Origin: Phycisphaerales bacterium
Lineage (GTDB): Bacteria; Planctomycetota; Phycisphaerae; Phycisphaerales; UBA1924
Direction of reading: 5' to 3'
Assembly (NCBI GenBank): GCA_020847175.1
Contig: JADLCM010000052.1
Location: forward strand, 17,014 to 81,013
DNA: 64,000 bases
The notes beneath the pieces were generated by a model, which saw only the letters and a list, made by a program, of their open reading frames with translations, made no database searches and was not told the DNA's origin. Within the stretch, counting starts at the first letter, position 1, and each line of letters starts with the position of its first letter. A program made the translations under genes and the position numbers. Below are positions 1 through 9,575 of the stretch, piece after piece.

Positions 1-405
1 GAAGTGCTGCTCAAGGGGGAGACGATCACGCTCCGCGACCTCGGCTCGGCCAACGGCACGTACGTGAACGGCGAAAAGGTTGACCAGCGGGTGCTCCACG
101 CGGGCGACATGGTGACGATCGGTTCTGTCAACCTGCTGCTGCGGATCGACGGCAAGCCTTCGCGGATTGATCCGAAGTACACCAAGGCGAGCGCGAGCAG
201 GGCCAACGCGGCCTCGGGGTCGCGGATCAGCCCCGCGGCGGGGCGGCCGGGGCCCGCGCAACCCCCTAAGAGCGGGAAGGCGGGGGGCAAGCAGAGCGTG
301 CTCGACGAGCTGGGCATCGACCCTGAAAAGCTCAAGGCAAACGACGATTCGAGCGTCGCGGACTTTGACTTCGACTTCAGCGACGACGACAACAAGAAGC
401 TGTAG
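1..405 (+). CDS. FHA domain-containing protein, C-terminal part (5' end outside window)
   Basis: Frame is open from base 1. GETITLRDLGSANGTYVNGEKV...HAGDMVTIGSVNL is a canonical FHA core. It is followed by a P/A/G/K-rich linker and an acidic DFDFDFSDDD tail. Stop at 403-405. Confidence 0.75.
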   Translation, partial: EVLLKGETITLRDLGSANGTYVNGEKVDQRVLHAGDMVTIGSVNLLLRIDGKPSRIDPKYTKASASRANAASGSRISPAAGRPGPAQPPKSGKAGGKQSVLDELGIDPEKLKANDDSSVADFDFDFSDDDNKKL

Positions 406-577
406 GGGGCAGGGTCAAACTTCACGAAGGGCTGGTTTGGTGCCGCGCCCTTCGACCCCCGGCTCTGGCGCGTGCCTACCGGCACACACCCAATGAGAAC
501 GAGGCCCGCGGCGTCGCCCATGCGGCGACTCGTGCTACCTTTGGCGCGGGCGTGACGGCGCGCCCGAGGAGCACGCC

Positions 578-1792
578 ATGAGCGAGTTTGACCCGGTTCA
601 TTCGATGGCCGCGCTGCGCCGCGAGTTCGGCGAGCATGGCGGGGTCAACATGTCGATCGAGGCCAGCACCACGTTTACGGTGATGGAGGCCGGGACCATG
701 CCCCAGATCTTCCAGGGGCAACGCGGGCCCGACCAGGGCGGGTGCTATCTCTACGGGAGGCACTTCAACCCCACGGTCTACGTGCTCGGACGACAGCTTG
801 CCGCCATGGAAGGAGCCGAGGCCGGCTACTGCGCCGCGAGCGGGCTGGGCGCGATCACCGCGACCATCATGCAGTTCTGCGATGCCGGGGATCACGTGGT
901 CGCGGGCAATGCGATCTACGGGGGTACGTTCGCGTTTCTGCACGACTACCTGCCCCTGAAGGCGGGCTGCCGGACGACGTTCGTGGACACCAACGATCTG
1001 GGCGCGGTGGAGCGGGCGCTGACACCCCGCACGAAACTCATCTACATCGAGACGCTCTCGAACCCGACACTGCGGATCGCGGACATCCCTGCGCTGGCGA
1101 GGCTGGCCCGGTCGCGGGGCGTGGCGCTGGTGGTGGACAACACCTTCTGCCCGCTCATGGTCTGCCCGATCACGCTGGGGGCAGACGTGGTGGTGCACAG
1201 CCTGACCAAGTTCGTGAGCGGCGCATCGGACATCATCGCGGGGGCGGTGTGCGGCAGCGCGGCATTCATCGCGCGCCTGATGGACCTGCACACGGGTTCG
1301 CTCATGCTGCTGGGGCCGACGATGGACCCGCACGTGGCGCATGCGCTCAGCCTGCGCCTGCCGCACCTGCCGCTGCGGATGCGTGAGCACGGTGTCCGGG
1401 CGCTGGAGATTGCGCGCCGGCTGCGCGAGCGCGGGTGGAGGGTGAGCTACCCAGGGCTGGAGGAGCACCCCGACCACGGCCTGGCGAAGAGGCTGTTCCG
1501 CGAGGAGTACGGGTTCGGCGGGCTCCTGACGCTCGACCTCGGGACCACGGCGCGGGCCTTCCGGTTCATGGAAGAACTGCAGAACCGCGACCGGTTCGGC
1601 TTCATGGCGGTGAGCCTGGGCTATTTTGACACCTTGATGTCGTGCTCGGCGAGCTCCACGTCGAGCGAGCTGGACGCGGAGAGCATGCAGCGGGCCGGCA
1701 TCAGCCCGGGGCTGGTGCGGATGTCGATCGGGTACACGGGGACGATCGAGCAGCGATGGGCCCAGCTCGAGGACGCGATGGCACGGGTGTAG
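578..1792 (+). CDS. PLP-dependent Cys/Met-metabolism enzyme (methionine gamma-lyase / cystathionine gamma-synthase family)
   Basis: 404-aa ORF with ATG 578 preceded by GAGGA. Family-typical blocks are YGRHFNPTV, AASGLGAI, IYIETLSNPTL and the PLP-lysine context VVHSLTKFVSG. Confidence 0.85.
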   Translation: MSEFDPVHSMAALRREFGEHGGVNMSIEASTTFTVMEAGTMPQIFQGQRGPDQGGCYLYGRHFNPTVYVLGRQLAAMEGAEAGYCAASGLGAITATIMQFCDAGDHVVAGNAIYGGTFAFLHDYLPLKAGCRTTFVDTNDLGAVERALTPRTKLIYIETLSNPTLRIADIPALARLARSRGVALVVDNTFCPLMVCPITLGADVVVHSLTKFVSGASDIIAGAVCGSAAFIARLMDLHTGSLMLLGPTMDPHVAHALSLRLPHLPLRMREHGVRALEIARRLRERGWRVSYPGLEEHPDHGLAKRLFREEYGFGGLLTLDLGTTARAFRFMEELQNRDRFGFMAVSLGYFDTLMSCSASSTSSELDAESMQRAGISPGLVRMSIGYTGTIEQRWAQLEDAMARV

Positions 1793-1799
1793 GGCGGGC

Positions 1800-3395
1800 T
1801 CATTGGCCCGGAGGAGCTGCCGCCGGGACTTCGGGCATGCGCGTGCCGTGCTCCAGGGCGTCGCGATAGAACTTTTCGACATCGGCGCGGAGCTGCGCAA
1901 GATCGGCACGCCGGATGTACATCATGTGCCCCGCTTCGTAGTACGAGAAGCGGTAGTTGCCCCGCAGCGATTCGTCGAGCTGCATCTTGTCGAAGGTGGA
2001 TTCCGCGGCGAAGAAGGGCGTCGCGAAGTCGTAGTACCCGCTGGCGACAAAGACATGCAGCGAGGGGTTCTGGCTCATCGCGCTCCGCAGCGTCTCGGCG
2101 ACATTGACATAGCGGTTCTCGAACTGGTCGTAACTCCAGGGGTTCACCCGCCCGGTCAGGATCTCGTACACCCGGTCATCCTCAAAGCCGAGCTCGCGGC
2201 GCACGTAATCATTCATCGCGGCGGTGTACGTGCCCTTGATCGCGCTCATCGAGGGGTCGAACTCCGGCCCGGAGCCGATATCGAGGCGATCGATGCCCTT
2301 GAATCGTGAATCGAGCCGCCCCACGGTGCGCGACTGATCGCGCAGGAGTTCCTTGGTGAACTGGAAGATGCCGATCCGCAGGTCGCTCTGCTCGACGTAC
2401 GCCTGCGAGAGGCCGGTGTAGCGGGCCAGGGTCGTCGCGATGCGGGCGCGCTCATCGCCGGTGAGTGCATCACCCTTGGCGAGGGCCACGAGATAGTCGG
2501 TGCTGGCCCACGCGCGGACCTCCGCGAGCGTGGCGCGCAGGTCGCGGCTGAGGGCCGCGTCGAGGCGCCCGTGGAAGAACGCCGTGGCGGTGTACGTGGG
2601 CAGAAAGAGGCGGTAGGGCTCGTCGTTGCCGACCTCGAAGCGCGCGGTCTGGAAGTTGAGAATGGGAGAGATGAGCGTGATGCCGCTGAGGTACATGCCG
2701 TGGGTGTCCTGCAGGTACCCGCTCAGCCCCGCGGCCCGGGTGGTGCCGTAACTCTCGCCGCAGAGGAACTTCGGGCTCGCCCAGCGTGCCTCGCGGGTGG
2801 TCCAGAGGCGGATGAAGTCGCCGACCGAGGAGATGTCCTGCTGGTATCCGTGGAACTCGGAGGCCCGCACGTCCTCGACGGGGCGGGAGTAGCCGGTGCT
2901 GACGGGATCGATGAAGACCAGATCGGTGAACTCGAGCCAGGTGGATTCGTTGTCCACCAGTGCGAAGGGAGGGCGCTGGTCGAGGCCCTCGGGGCCCATG
3001 TCCACACGCCGTGGCCCGAGCGCACCAAGGTGCAGCCACACGCTGCTGGAGCCCGGGCCACCGTTGAAACTGAAGGTGAGGGGACGGGTCGCGGGGTCGG
3101 TGACGCCGTCCAGCGTGTACGCGATGTAGAACATCTCGGCGCGGGGCTTGCCGTCGTAGGTGGGCAGGGTCATGTAGCCCGCGGTCGCGGTGTACGCGAT
3201 CGTGCGCCCGCCGATGGTGAGGGTGTGCTGCGTGGTGCGCTCGGTCTTGGCGTCCTTGGCGGCGGGGGTGTCATCGTCCGGGCGGCCCGCCTGGGCCAGC
3301 GGCGTGGCCAGCCCGAGCACCCCGAACACGCACAGAGCGACCACGCCTCGCACGATTGCCATCACGCACCTCCCGCGCCCTCGGCGCCCGGGCAT
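1800..3395 (-). CDS. secreted serine carboxypeptidase, peptidase family S10
   Basis: Contains FNGGPGSSS, GESYG (Ser nucleophile context) and C-terminal EAGHMMY (His context). Start set at ATG 3395, giving signal peptide MPGRRGRGRCVMAIVRGVVALCVFGVLGLATPLAQA; ATG 3362 is an alternative. The longer 667-aa ORF N-terminus is antisense to the next gene. Confidence 0.8.
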   Translation of the reverse strand: MPGRRGRGRCVMAIVRGVVALCVFGVLGLATPLAQAGRPDDDTPAAKDAKTERTTQHTLTIGGRTIAYTATAGYMTLPTYDGKPRAEMFYIAYTLDGVTDPATRPLTFSFNGGPGSSSVWLHLGALGPRRVDMGPEGLDQRPPFALVDNESTWLEFTDLVFIDPVSTGYSRPVEDVRASEFHGYQQDISSVGDFIRLWTTREARWASPKFLCGESYGTTRAAGLSGYLQDTHGMYLSGITLISPILNFQTARFEVGNDEPYRLFLPTYTATAFFHGRLDAALSRDLRATLAEVRAWASTDYLVALAKGDALTGDERARIATTLARYTGLSQAYVEQSDLRIGIFQFTKELLRDQSRTVGRLDSRFKGIDRLDIGSGPEFDPSMSAIKGTYTAAMNDYVRRELGFEDDRVYEILTGRVNPWSYDQFENRYVNVAETLRSAMSQNPSLHVFVASGYYDFATPFFAAESTFDKMQLDESLRGNYRFSYYEAGHMMYIRRADLAQLRADVEKFYRDALEHGTRMPEVPAAAPPGQ

Positions 3396-3432
3396 GGTAC
3401 CGTGAGGGCGGGGGATCGGTTGAGGGTGATGC

Positions 3433-4212
3433 GTGGAGGGCGACCGGGCGCACATCGAAGAGGCATCAAGGCTCCTCGCCCGGGCGAGAAGCGTGGTGGT
3501 CGTGACCGGGGCGGGCGTGAGCGCCGAGAGCCGGATCCCGACCTTCCGCGACGCCATGACCGGCCTGTGGGCCTCGTTCGACCCGCAGCGGCTTGCGACG
3601 CCGGAAGCCTTCGCGCGCGACCCGGAGATGGTCTCCCGCTGGTACGACTGGCGGCGGCAGAAGTGCGCCGAGGCGATCCCCAACCCAGGGCACGAGGCCA
3701 TCAGCGCGATGGAGCGAGCGCTGGTCGCTCGCGGGGCTGACTTCCTGCTTGTCACCCAGAACGTTGACGGCCTGCACCGACGGGCCGGAAGCCGCAACGT
3801 CATCGAGATTCACGGCACGCTCGCCACATGGCGCTGCACCCGCACCGGGGAGGAATACTCTGAGCTTCCCGTGCCGCTTCCGGCCTACCCGTGCCCGTCG
3901 CCCGCCGGGGGGCTGCTGCGCCCGTGCGTGGTGTGGTTCGGCGAAGCGCTGCCCGAAGCGGGTGTGCGTCGGGCGGTCGAGGCCTGCGGGCGCGCGACGC
4001 TGTTCTTCTCGATCGGCACCAGCGCGCAGGTTTACCCCGTGGCGGGGTTTGCCGACGTGGCGGCGGGGGCCGGCGCAAAGATCATCGAGGTCAACCCGGA
4101 GGAGACGCCTTTGTCGCCTCGCGCGGACGTGGTCATCCGCGCGTGCTCCGCCGCGGCGTTGCCGCAGATCGTGGCGGGCGCCTTTCCCGGCAGCGCCGGG
4201 GCCGACCGCTGA
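3433..4212 (+). CDS. cobB: NAD-dependent protein deacylase, Sir2/CobB family
   Basis: Contains TGAGVSAESRIPTFRD, the QNVDGLH motif and VVWFGE. GTG start at 3433. Confidence 0.85.
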   Translation: MEGDRAHIEEASRLLARARSVVVVTGAGVSAESRIPTFRDAMTGLWASFDPQRLATPEAFARDPEMVSRWYDWRRQKCAEAIPNPGHEAISAMERALVARGADFLLVTQNVDGLHRRAGSRNVIEIHGTLATWRCTRTGEEYSELPVPLPAYPCPSPAGGLLRPCVVWFGEALPEAGVRRAVEACGRATLFFSIGTSAQVYPVAGFADVAAGAGAKIIEVNPEETPLSPRADVVIRACSAAALPQIVAGAFPGSAGADR

Positions 4213-4239
4213 TCGTACCGGCCAAGGTACACTCGCCCG

Positions 4240-5850
4240 ATGCGCACCCTTGTCTGCGTTCCCATCACGGTGCTGGACCCGGCGCAGGCGATCAGCCTCG
4301 CGCATGAGGCGCGGGCGGCGGGCGCGGATATCGTGGAACTTCGGGTTGACGGCTTCTTCACGGGCTCGGGCGAAGAGATCGAGGCGATTGAGCGGTTGGT
4401 GCGGGGGCTGCCCCTGCCCTGCATTCTCACCTGCCGCGCCGCGAGCGAGGGCGGACTCGGGGAGGCCGATGACGATGCCCGGGCGGAGTTGTACGCACGG
4501 GCCCGGGCGTGGGGGGCGCCTCCCGCGTACGTGGATGCCGAGTACCGGCACGTCGCGGCCCATGAGGGTCTGCGCGAGGCGTGCTGCGGGGGCACGGAGC
4601 GCCCGGCCTTGATCCTGTCTGCGCACGACTTTGCAGGGAGACCGGCAGACCTTGACCGGCGGCTGCTGAAGATGAGAGCCGAAGGGGGCTGCCGCGTGCT
4701 GAAGGTGGCGTTCGCGGCACGATCGCCCCGCGATGCCCTCGCAGCGCTCGATGTGCTCGCGGAGCGCGACAGGCCGACCATCGCGCTGGCGATGGGGGAG
4801 GCCGGCCTGCTCTCTCGGGTGCTGGCGCCCAAGTTCGGGGGGTTTCTCACGTTCGCGGCCCTTCGAGCCGGGGAGGCCTCGGCGCCCGGACAGCCGACGA
4901 TCGACGATCTGCTCCGCGTGTACCGATTCCGCTCGGTGAGCGCGGGCACACGGGTGTACGGGGTGATGGGCGACCCGGTCGCTCACTCGCTCAGCCCGCA
5001 CTTCCACAACGCGGCCTTCAGCGCGGCGGGCCTCGACTCGGTGTATCTCCCCTTGCCCACGCCGGCGTTCGCCGATGACCCCGAGGGGTCGTACGCGAGT
5101 TTCAAGGCGACGCTGCTCGCGCTGGTGCACCATCCGGGGCTCGACTTCTCCGGCGCGAGCGTGACGCTGCCGCACAAGGAGAGCCTGGTGCGCCTCGCCC
5201 GCGCCGAGGGCTGGGGCCTGGATGAGGCGAGCGAGCACACGGGCGCGGCGAACACGGTGATCGTGCGCGCCGGGGGCATCGAGGTCATCAACACCGACGT
5301 GCGGGCCCTCGCGAGGATTCTCTCGGGGGTGCCCGGTTTCGGCGGAGATCGCGGCGTGCCCGCGGGGTCGCGCAGCGCGGTCATCGGCGCGGGAGGCGTG
5401 GCGCGAAGCGCGGCGTATGCCCTGGCCCGTGCCGGGGCGCACGTCACGATCTACAACCGCTCGGTCGCGCGTGCGGAGCGGCTCGCACGCGACGTGGCGC
5501 CCCACGCACCGGCGGGGATAGAGGTGCGGCCGCTCGATGAGTCGGCGCGCTTTCAGGGGTCCATCGCCGTGCAGTGCACGAGCGTGGGCATGGAAGGGGC
5601 GGCCGATGGATCGCCGGTGCCGTCACTGGCGAACTGGCGCGAGCATGGAACCGCGGTGCTCGAAACGGTGTATAGACCTCGCGAGACGGCGCTGCTCCGC
5701 ATGGCCCGACGCGCGGGGCTGCCCGTCATCGAGGGCCTTGCCATGTTCCTCGAGCAAGCGAGCGTGCAGTTTGAAGCATGGACCGGACGAACGCCCGAGC
5801 GGGGCGCGTGCGAGGCGGCGGTCAGTTCCCGTCTCAACGCGCCCACCTGA
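4240..5850 (+). CDS. aroDE: bifunctional type I 3-dehydroquinate dehydratase / shikimate 5-dehydrogenase (fused AroD-AroE)
   Basis: The N-terminal half is type I DHQase-like (LVCVPI..., ADIVELRVD). The C-terminal half is shikimate dehydrogenase (YGVMGDPVAHSLSPHFHNAAF, SVTLPHK, VIGAGGVARSAAYAL). It is one uninterrupted 536-aa ORF. Confidence 0.85.
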   Translation: MRTLVCVPITVLDPAQAISLAHEARAAGADIVELRVDGFFTGSGEEIEAIERLVRGLPLPCILTCRAASEGGLGEADDDARAELYARARAWGAPPAYVDAEYRHVAAHEGLREACCGGTERPALILSAHDFAGRPADLDRRLLKMRAEGGCRVLKVAFAARSPRDALAALDVLAERDRPTIALAMGEAGLLSRVLAPKFGGFLTFAALRAGEASAPGQPTIDDLLRVYRFRSVSAGTRVYGVMGDPVAHSLSPHFHNAAFSAAGLDSVYLPLPTPAFADDPEGSYASFKATLLALVHHPGLDFSGASVTLPHKESLVRLARAEGWGLDEASEHTGAANTVIVRAGGIEVINTDVRALARILSGVPGFGGDRGVPAGSRSAVIGAGGVARSAAYALARAGAHVTIYNRSVARAERLARDVAPHAPAGIEVRPLDESARFQGSIAVQCTSVGMEGAADGSPVPSLANWREHGTAVLETVYRPRETALLRMARRAGLPVIEGLAMFLEQASVQFEAWTGRTPERGACEAAVSSRLNAPT

Positions 5851-6020
5851 ACGCGCCGGGCGTGCGACCCCGGGCACTTGTCCGGCTTTCCTCGATTCTC
5901 CCCGCGCCTGATCCGGCGCGCAGGGTTCTCCGGGTTCAGCCGATGCGTCGATGTCCTGCGGGCGCCGCAGTGCGTCCGTGAGGGTGGCCCCGCACCCCTC
6001 TCGTGGTCGGAGGAAGCCTC

Positions 6021-6374
6021 ATGGTCCGATCTGCCGCCCGGCCCTCGCGAGATTCGCTCCTGCTTGCCTGGTACGTCGGTTTGGCCGGGCTCGACGTGCT
6101 GTGCACCTCGGCGATTCTGCTGCTGGGCGGAATCGAGGTGAACGCGCTTGCGGCCCGGGTGCTCGACGCCGCAGGCGTGCCGGGGTTGGCGGGGCTCAAG
6201 ATCGCCACCGTCGTGATCGTGCTGGCGTGCTGGCGAGCGGTCCGCGCCCGCAGCGCCGCGGCCGCGTCGCACCTCGCGGAGTGGTGCGTCATCCTCGGGG
6301 CGGTGCCGGTTGTGCTCGGGGCATCGCAACTGGCGCTCGTCGCGGCGGGGGTCATCACGCCCATCGTCCGCTAA
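6021..6374 (+). CDS. small polytopic membrane protein (DUF5658-like, tentative)
   Basis: Three to four hydrophobic helices. A GGIEVNAL segment resembles the E-x-N-P motif of DUF5658. ATG 6021 lies 5 nt after GGAGGAAG; GTG 6003 is an alternative start. Confidence 0.5.
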   Translation: MVRSAARPSRDSLLLAWYVGLAGLDVLCTSAILLLGGIEVNALAARVLDAAGVPGLAGLKIATVVIVLACWRAVRARSAAAASHLAEWCVILGAVPVVLGASQLALVAAGVITPIVR

Positions 6375-6580
6375 CACGGGTGCCTGAGCGTGCGGCCCGC
6401 GCCGGCCCTTCGGGCGGAGCGGCCCAGACCTTGCGCCCGGCGAGGCTCGTTGGCGTCTGCGCCTGGGGCGCGAAGGGCGCGCATCGCGCCGGGCCCTGCT
6501 ATCCTCTACGAGGTTTCAGAAGGAACTGAAACCCATCCCCGCGAACCCGGGATGGGAGGGGCACGTAGGCAGGGCCGCGT

Positions 6581-8584
6581 ATGACCATTGGCGAACCAAT
6601 GCTCCCGACCATCAACTCCCCGGCGGATGTCCGTGGGCTGAGCGTGGAAGATCTGCCTCGGCTGGCTGCGGAGATTCGCGCCGCGATCATCGACAAGGTG
6701 TCGCGGGTGGGAGGGCACCTTGCCCCGAACCTGGGCGTGGTCGAACTGACGCTCGCGCTGCATTACGTCTTCGATTTTTCGCACGACCGACTGCTCTTCG
6801 ACGTGGGGCACCAGTGTTACCCGCACAAGTTGATCACCGGGCGACGTGAAATGCTCGGGGGCCTGCGCACGCGCCAGGGAATGGCGGGCTTCCCGGCGCC
6901 GAGCGAATCGCCCTTTGACCTTTTCGCCGTGGGGCACGCGGGCACGGCGATTTCGACCGCGGTCGGCATGGCGCGGGGCGACACCCTTCGGGCGGAGGCG
7001 TTCCACAGCAAGAACAACCCGGCGGGACGGCGGGTGGTCTCGCTGGTCGGCGACGCATCGATCGTCAACGGCGTCGCGATGGAAGGGCTGAACAACGCGG
7101 GCACGCTGGGCCGGCAGTTTCTGGTCGTCCTCAACGACAACGGCATGAGCATCAGTCGCCCCCAGGGGGCGGTCGCGCAGTACTTCGACCGCCTGCGGCT
7201 GAGCCACCTCTACGGCGATCTCAAAAAGGGTGCGGGCAAGGTGCTCCGGCACCTCCCCGGGGGCGGGCTGGTCCGCGAGGCGTACCACAAGCTCGGCGAA
7301 GCCACGAAGGCGGTCTACGCCGAGGATTCATGGTTCGAGTGGTTCGGGCTGCTCACCGTGGGGCCGATTGACGGGCACGACTTTCCGACGCTGATCGAGT
7401 ATCTCGCCGAGGCCCGCGACTTTGACAGGCCCATGGTGCTGCACGTCAAGACCATCAAGGGCAAGGGCCTGGAGGCGGCGGAGCGGGACGCGACGACCTT
7501 CCACTCGCCCGCGGCCTTCCGGATTGTCGAGGATGATGAGGCCCCGGACCCGGCCCGGGCCTGCCGCGTGGAGGTCTCCAGCGGCGCCCGCAGCTTCACG
7601 AGTGCCTTCGGCGAGGCGATGCACGCGATGATGGCTCGCGACCCGGCGGTGGTGGCCTGCACCGCGGCGATGCCCGACGGGACAGGGCTGACGAAAGTGC
7701 TCGCGGACTTCCCCGAGCGCGCGTGGGATGTGGGCATCTGCGAGAGCCACGCGATGGACATGATGGCGGGCCTGGCCAAGACCGGCCTCAAGCCGTTCTT
7801 CGCGGTGTACTCGACCTTTCTTCAGCGCGCGTTCGACCAGGCGTTCCAGGAGGCGGCGCTCCAGGGCCTGCCCGTGCGCCTTTGCCTCGACCGTGCCGGG
7901 CTCGTGGGCGGCGACGGCGCCGTGCATCACGGCTTCTGCGATGTGGCGCTGCTCCGCACGCTCCCCGGCGCGTGCGTGATGGCGGCAATCGATGAGCCCA
8001 GCCTGCTCGCGGCCCTTGAGTTCATGCGTGTTCACGATGAAGGTCTGTCGGCGGTTCGCTATCCGCGTGATGCGGTCGATGCGCGCCTGTCGGGTGCGCC
8101 GTGCCCGCCGTTCGCGCTCGGGCAGGCCCGGTGCCTGACCCCCGAGTTCGAGACGGATCTGCCCGACGTCGCGATCCTGGCCTTCGGCACACCCGCGATG
8201 CAGGCCCTGGATGCCCGCGCGGCCCTGGCGGACGAGACCCGCGTCGGCGTGTGGGATGCCCGCTTTGCGAAGCCGGTGGATCGCGTCCTTTTGCGCAGGC
8301 TGCTCGAGGCGGGCGTGCCTGTCATCACGATCGAGGACCACGGCCTGGCGGGGGGCTTCGGCGCCGCCGCGCTCGAAGCGGCATCGGAGATGGGCCTCGA
8401 CGCGTCGTGCGTGATGCGCCTCGGCCTTCCCGACGGGTGGATTCACCAGGATTCCCGGGGTGCGCAGCTCACTGAGGCGGGTCTGGACGTGCCGGGCATT
8501 TGCCGAGCAGTGCGGGCGAGCGCGCCGGCGGGCCCCGACGTGAGGGTTCGTGTGCCCGCGGCCGAGCGATTCGGAGTCCTGTGA
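6581..8584 (+). CDS. dxs: 1-deoxy-D-xylulose-5-phosphate synthase
   Basis: 667 aa. N-terminal LPTINSPADVRGLSVEDLPRLAAEIR...GGHLAPNLGVVELTLALHYVF..DRLLFDVGHQCYPHKLITGR is diagnostic for Dxs. Transketolase-like middle and C-terminal domains are also present. Confidence 0.95.
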   Translation: MTIGEPMLPTINSPADVRGLSVEDLPRLAAEIRAAIIDKVSRVGGHLAPNLGVVELTLALHYVFDFSHDRLLFDVGHQCYPHKLITGRREMLGGLRTRQGMAGFPAPSESPFDLFAVGHAGTAISTAVGMARGDTLRAEAFHSKNNPAGRRVVSLVGDASIVNGVAMEGLNNAGTLGRQFLVVLNDNGMSISRPQGAVAQYFDRLRLSHLYGDLKKGAGKVLRHLPGGGLVREAYHKLGEATKAVYAEDSWFEWFGLLTVGPIDGHDFPTLIEYLAEARDFDRPMVLHVKTIKGKGLEAAERDATTFHSPAAFRIVEDDEAPDPARACRVEVSSGARSFTSAFGEAMHAMMARDPAVVACTAAMPDGTGLTKVLADFPERAWDVGICESHAMDMMAGLAKTGLKPFFAVYSTFLQRAFDQAFQEAALQGLPVRLCLDRAGLVGGDGAVHHGFCDVALLRTLPGACVMAAIDEPSLLAALEFMRVHDEGLSAVRYPRDAVDARLSGAPCPPFALGQARCLTPEFETDLPDVAILAFGTPAMQALDARAALADETRVGVWDARFAKPVDRVLLRRLLEAGVPVITIEDHGLAGGFGAAALEAASEMGLDASCVMRLGLPDGWIHQDSRGAQLTEAGLDVPGICRAVRASAPAGPDVRVRVPAAERFGVL

Positions 8585-8614
8585 ACCGGGTTGACGCCTT
8601 CGGCAATGCCGAGA

Positions 8615-9400
8615 TCAAGGCGTGCGGGGGCTGGGCGGGCGCCGGTCCCGCGTCACCTGGGCGTAGGCGTTGTGGCTGTGGATTGACTCGTAGTTCTCGG
8701 AGTTGATCGAGTACCACGAGATGCGATCGTCTCGGTCAAGGGCGAGCGCGAGGTCACGCACGATGTCCTCGACGAACTTCGGGTTCTCGTACGCCTTCTC
8801 CGTGACAAACTTCTCATCCGGGCGCTTCAGAACCGCGTAGACGGGGTGCGAAGCGGCGTTCTCGAGTGTCTCGACCAGGTCCTCGATCCACAGCATCCCC
8901 GAGAACCGGACCTCGGCCTCGACGCGGCAGCGCTGGTTGTGCGCACCGTACACGCTGATCTCCTTCGAGCAGGGGCAGAGGCTCGTCGCCGGGGCGGCCA
9001 CGCTCATCATGAAGTCATCGTCGCCGTTGGAAGTGCAGGCGAAGCACACCTCGTAGTCCATCAGGCCCGCCGCGCCGCTGACGGGGGCGTGCTTCTCGAT
9101 GAAGTAGGTGAACTTCGCTTCGAAATGCGCCTGCTCCGCCTTGAGGCGCTTGCAGATCGCCCGCGAGATGTCCGGAATCCGGTCCGGCGTGAGCGGTTCG
9201 CAACTGTGATCGTTGAGCACCTCGAGGAAGCGGCTCATGTGCGTGCCCTTCTGGTGGTGGGGCAGCGAAACGTACATGCTGATCCGCGCCACGGTGCTCT
9301 GCTCGCCGCCGTCGCGGGTGCGGAGGCGCATGGGGTAGGTCACGTTGCGGACACCGACCCGGTCAATCGGGACCCGGCGGGTGTCGCTCGAAGCCTGCAC
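8615..9400 (-). CDS. folE2: GTP cyclohydrolase I type 2 (FolE2/MptA family)
   Basis: Contains DRVGVRNVTYPMRL, HQKGTHMSRF and CPCSKEIS blocks. The only canonical in-frame start is GTG 9400 (see finding on a possible non-canonical upstream start). Confidence 0.9.
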   Translation of the reverse strand: MQASSDTRRVPIDRVGVRNVTYPMRLRTRDGGEQSTVARISMYVSLPHHQKGTHMSRFLEVLNDHSCEPLTPDRIPDISRAICKRLKAEQAHFEAKFTYFIEKHAPVSGAAGLMDYEVCFACTSNGDDDFMMSVAAPATSLCPCSKEISVYGAHNQRCRVEAEVRFSGMLWIEDLVETLENAASHPVYAVLKRPDEKFVTEKAYENPKFVEDIVRDLALALDRDDRISWYSINSENYESIHSHNAYAQVTRDRRPPSPRTP

Positions 9401-9575
9401 GTCGGGAATCGGGGCAGCGCTGGGTTTACGGGGTGTGATGATCTCCTCCTTGGGGCACGCGAGGCTGCCCCCAAATACAACCCTTCGGGCAAGGGATTAT
9501 TCGCCTCGTGAACCGCCGCGGGCCGGGCGGCCCCGCGCAACCCCCGGGATTCTCCGCCTATTCTGCCAGCGGGAC

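Noticed and set aside
406-577. SAM or SAH riboswitch upstream of the methionine gamma-lyase-family gene
   Set aside because: Only a short CCCGAGGAGCAC stretch vaguely resembles the SAH element, and it overlaps the likely SD. No pseudoknot partners or SAM-I/II signatures were seen.
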